Both the position numbers and the translations under genes were made by a program. DNA of 26,658 nt, taken from a virus (lineage: Duplodnaviria; Caudoviricetes). The stretch spans positions 1-26,658 of the IMG/VR virus record IMGVR_UViG_3300030737_000039; one strand, given 5' to 3'. The notes below the pieces were generated by a model, which was given only the letters and a program-made list of their open reading frames with translations, searched no databases and was not told where the DNA came from. Below are positions 25,423 through 26,658 of the stretch, in pieces (the first letter of the stretch is position 1; the number at the start of each line of letters is the position of its first letter).

Positions 25423-25908
25423 ATGAAACGCAATCTTATGCCGTTCGCGGCAGCTTTCGTCGCGCTCGCTCTCTCCGCGTGCAATGGCTCAATGCCGACG
25501 CTGACATTTACTCAGCAGGTCGCGATCGTCTGCGCGGACTCCACTACCGCTGTTCAAATTCTCACGGATGACGGCGTCTTCACGGGCGGCGCACAAGCCA
25601 CCCTCACGAACGATTTTCAGCCCGCACTCGCGAAAGTATGCACGGCCGGCGCGACCGTCACCACGCCGAATCTTCAGAACTTGGCCAACACGGCATTGCC
25701 ACTGCTCAAGGCCGCTGTCGCCGCATCGAGTCTCGCGGCGCAAACGAAGAACGAAGCGAACGCAGCTATCGACTTGGTGACGCTCGCGATCAACACCGCA
25801 GTCGCTCTGCAACCGGCCGTCGTGCCTACGTCAACGCCCCTCACTGGCGCACCGATCACTCCTGCGCCGGCCGCCCCCGTTGCAGCGAGCACTGCTGTGG
25901 TCGCGTAA
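25423..25908 (+). CDS. Lipoprotein, helical with Pro/Ala-rich tail
   Basis: SD AGGA; lipobox LSA-C; two further Cys. Confidence 0.75.
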   Translation: MKRNLMPFAAAFVALALSACNGSMPTLTFTQQVAIVCADSTTAVQILTDDGVFTGGAQATLTNDFQPALAKVCTAGATVTTPNLQNLANTALPLLKAAVAASSLAAQTKNEANAAIDLVTLAINTAVALQPAVVPTSTPLTGAPITPAPAAPVAASTAVVA

Positions 25909-25940
25909 CACCCCTATCGTTCAAATCGCAGGAGCCTTTC

Positions 25941-26658
25941 ATGGCACTCGTAATAACTTCGCCCGCCGCGGGCGCGACAGTTAGCGGCACTATCAATCTC
26001 ACCGGTACCGATGGCGGTGTAACTGTTCAGGCAATGAACGGTACCGCCATCCTAGGTTCGGTGGTTCTCGTGCAGCCGGTGCCTTTTAGTGTTCCTGTCG
26101 ATACGACACAACTCGCAAACGGGGCTCAAACTCTCTCGTTTAGCGATGGCGTGAACGTCGCCACGGTCAGTGTCGTCGTGAACAATGTCGCTGTAGTTGT
26201 GCCACCGCCTGCGCCTGCCGCTAATTTGCTGACGGTCAGCTCGCCTGTGGCTAATGCTGCAGAGAGCGCCACGTTTAACGTCGTCGGCGTAGCTGGCTCG
26301 CAGTGGGTCAACGTCGCGGTGTGGGATAACGCCTCTGGCAACAAGGTTGGTGCCGATATAACCCCGGGTGCGAGCGGCGCATTTACAGTTCCCGTCAACA
26401 TGGGCGCGCTCACCGGTACTTGCCAACTTAACGTGATCGCGTTCAGCGTGGCGGCCGGGCAATCGGGCGGCACTCAGGCGACGGTCTCGGTGAGCGTTGT
26501 CGTGGCTGCACCGGTTGTCGTTACACCTCCTGTCACCGTGACGCCGCCTGCGACGACCGCCGACCTGTATTGGGGCGCGGACATTCACCCTGCTCAAGGC
26601 GGCATCTACACCTCGCGGTCCGTTGCTCAGCAAAAAGCGGATTGTCAGCAGATTGGGC
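25941..26658 (+). CDS. Ig-like-domain protein with probable glycoside hydrolase domain (3'-truncated)
   Basis: SD AGGAG; open to the window end, so absent from the ORF track. MALVITSPAAGATVSGT...DTTQLANG (Big-type), a second Ig-like unit, Pro-rich linkers, then 'LYWGADIHPAQGGIY..RSVAQQKADCQQIG', resembling the start of a clan GH-A barrel. Confidence 0.7.
   Translation, partial: MALVITSPAAGATVSGTINLTGTDGGVTVQAMNGTAILGSVVLVQPVPFSVPVDTTQLANGAQTLSFSDGVNVATVSVVVNNVAVVVPPPAPAANLLTVSSPVANAAESATFNVVGVAGSQWVNVAVWDNASGNKVGADITPGASGAFTVPVNMGALTGTCQLNVIAFSVAAGQSGGTQATVSVSVVVAAPVVVTPPVTVTPPATTADLYWGADIHPAQGGIYTSRSVAQQKADCQQIG

Larger units (their letters stand above)
1..26658 (+). mobile_element. Myovirus-type phage/prophage late region (head, neck, contractile tail, baseplate, fibres, lysis)
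   Basis: Co-oriented, translationally coupled genes in capsid-neck-sheath-tube-chaperone-tape measure-baseplate-fibre-lysis order. No host genes, integrase or att site in the window, so prophage versus free phage cannot be decided. Confidence 0.95.

Overview
The whole window is the late (virion and lysis) region of a contractile-tailed phage or prophage. Gene order and protein style resemble Bcep781/BcepB1A-like myophages of Burkholderia-type Betaproteobacteria; this host and lineage assignment is inference. Order: 5'-truncated major capsid gene, free-standing Zn-finger/HNH endonuclease, head-tail joining genes, sheath, tube, tail chaperone with a -1 frameshift extension, an antisense secreted-protein moron, tape measure with a lysozyme-like domain, baseplate genes, tail fibre, a signal-peptide-bearing fibre/spike-like protein, an acyltransferase-3 moron, a holin-like gene and GH24 endolysin, a Gly-rich/21-aa-repeat fibre module, small membrane and lipoprotein genes, and a 3'-truncated Ig-like/glycoside-hydrolase-like gene. 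The most notable unexplained signals are three. (1) Two covarying copies of a three-way-junction RNA element (UAGG...CCGAAA...CUG) flank the HNH gene, each with a P3 hairpin complementary to the ribosome-binding region of its own downstream gene. (2) One ~68-aa beta-rich domain is inserted five times into four different tail proteins, apparently nested in the sheath. (3) An unannotated Arg/Trp-rich 36-aa ORF lies in the lysis region. Family names are from motif recognition and synteny, not database searches.
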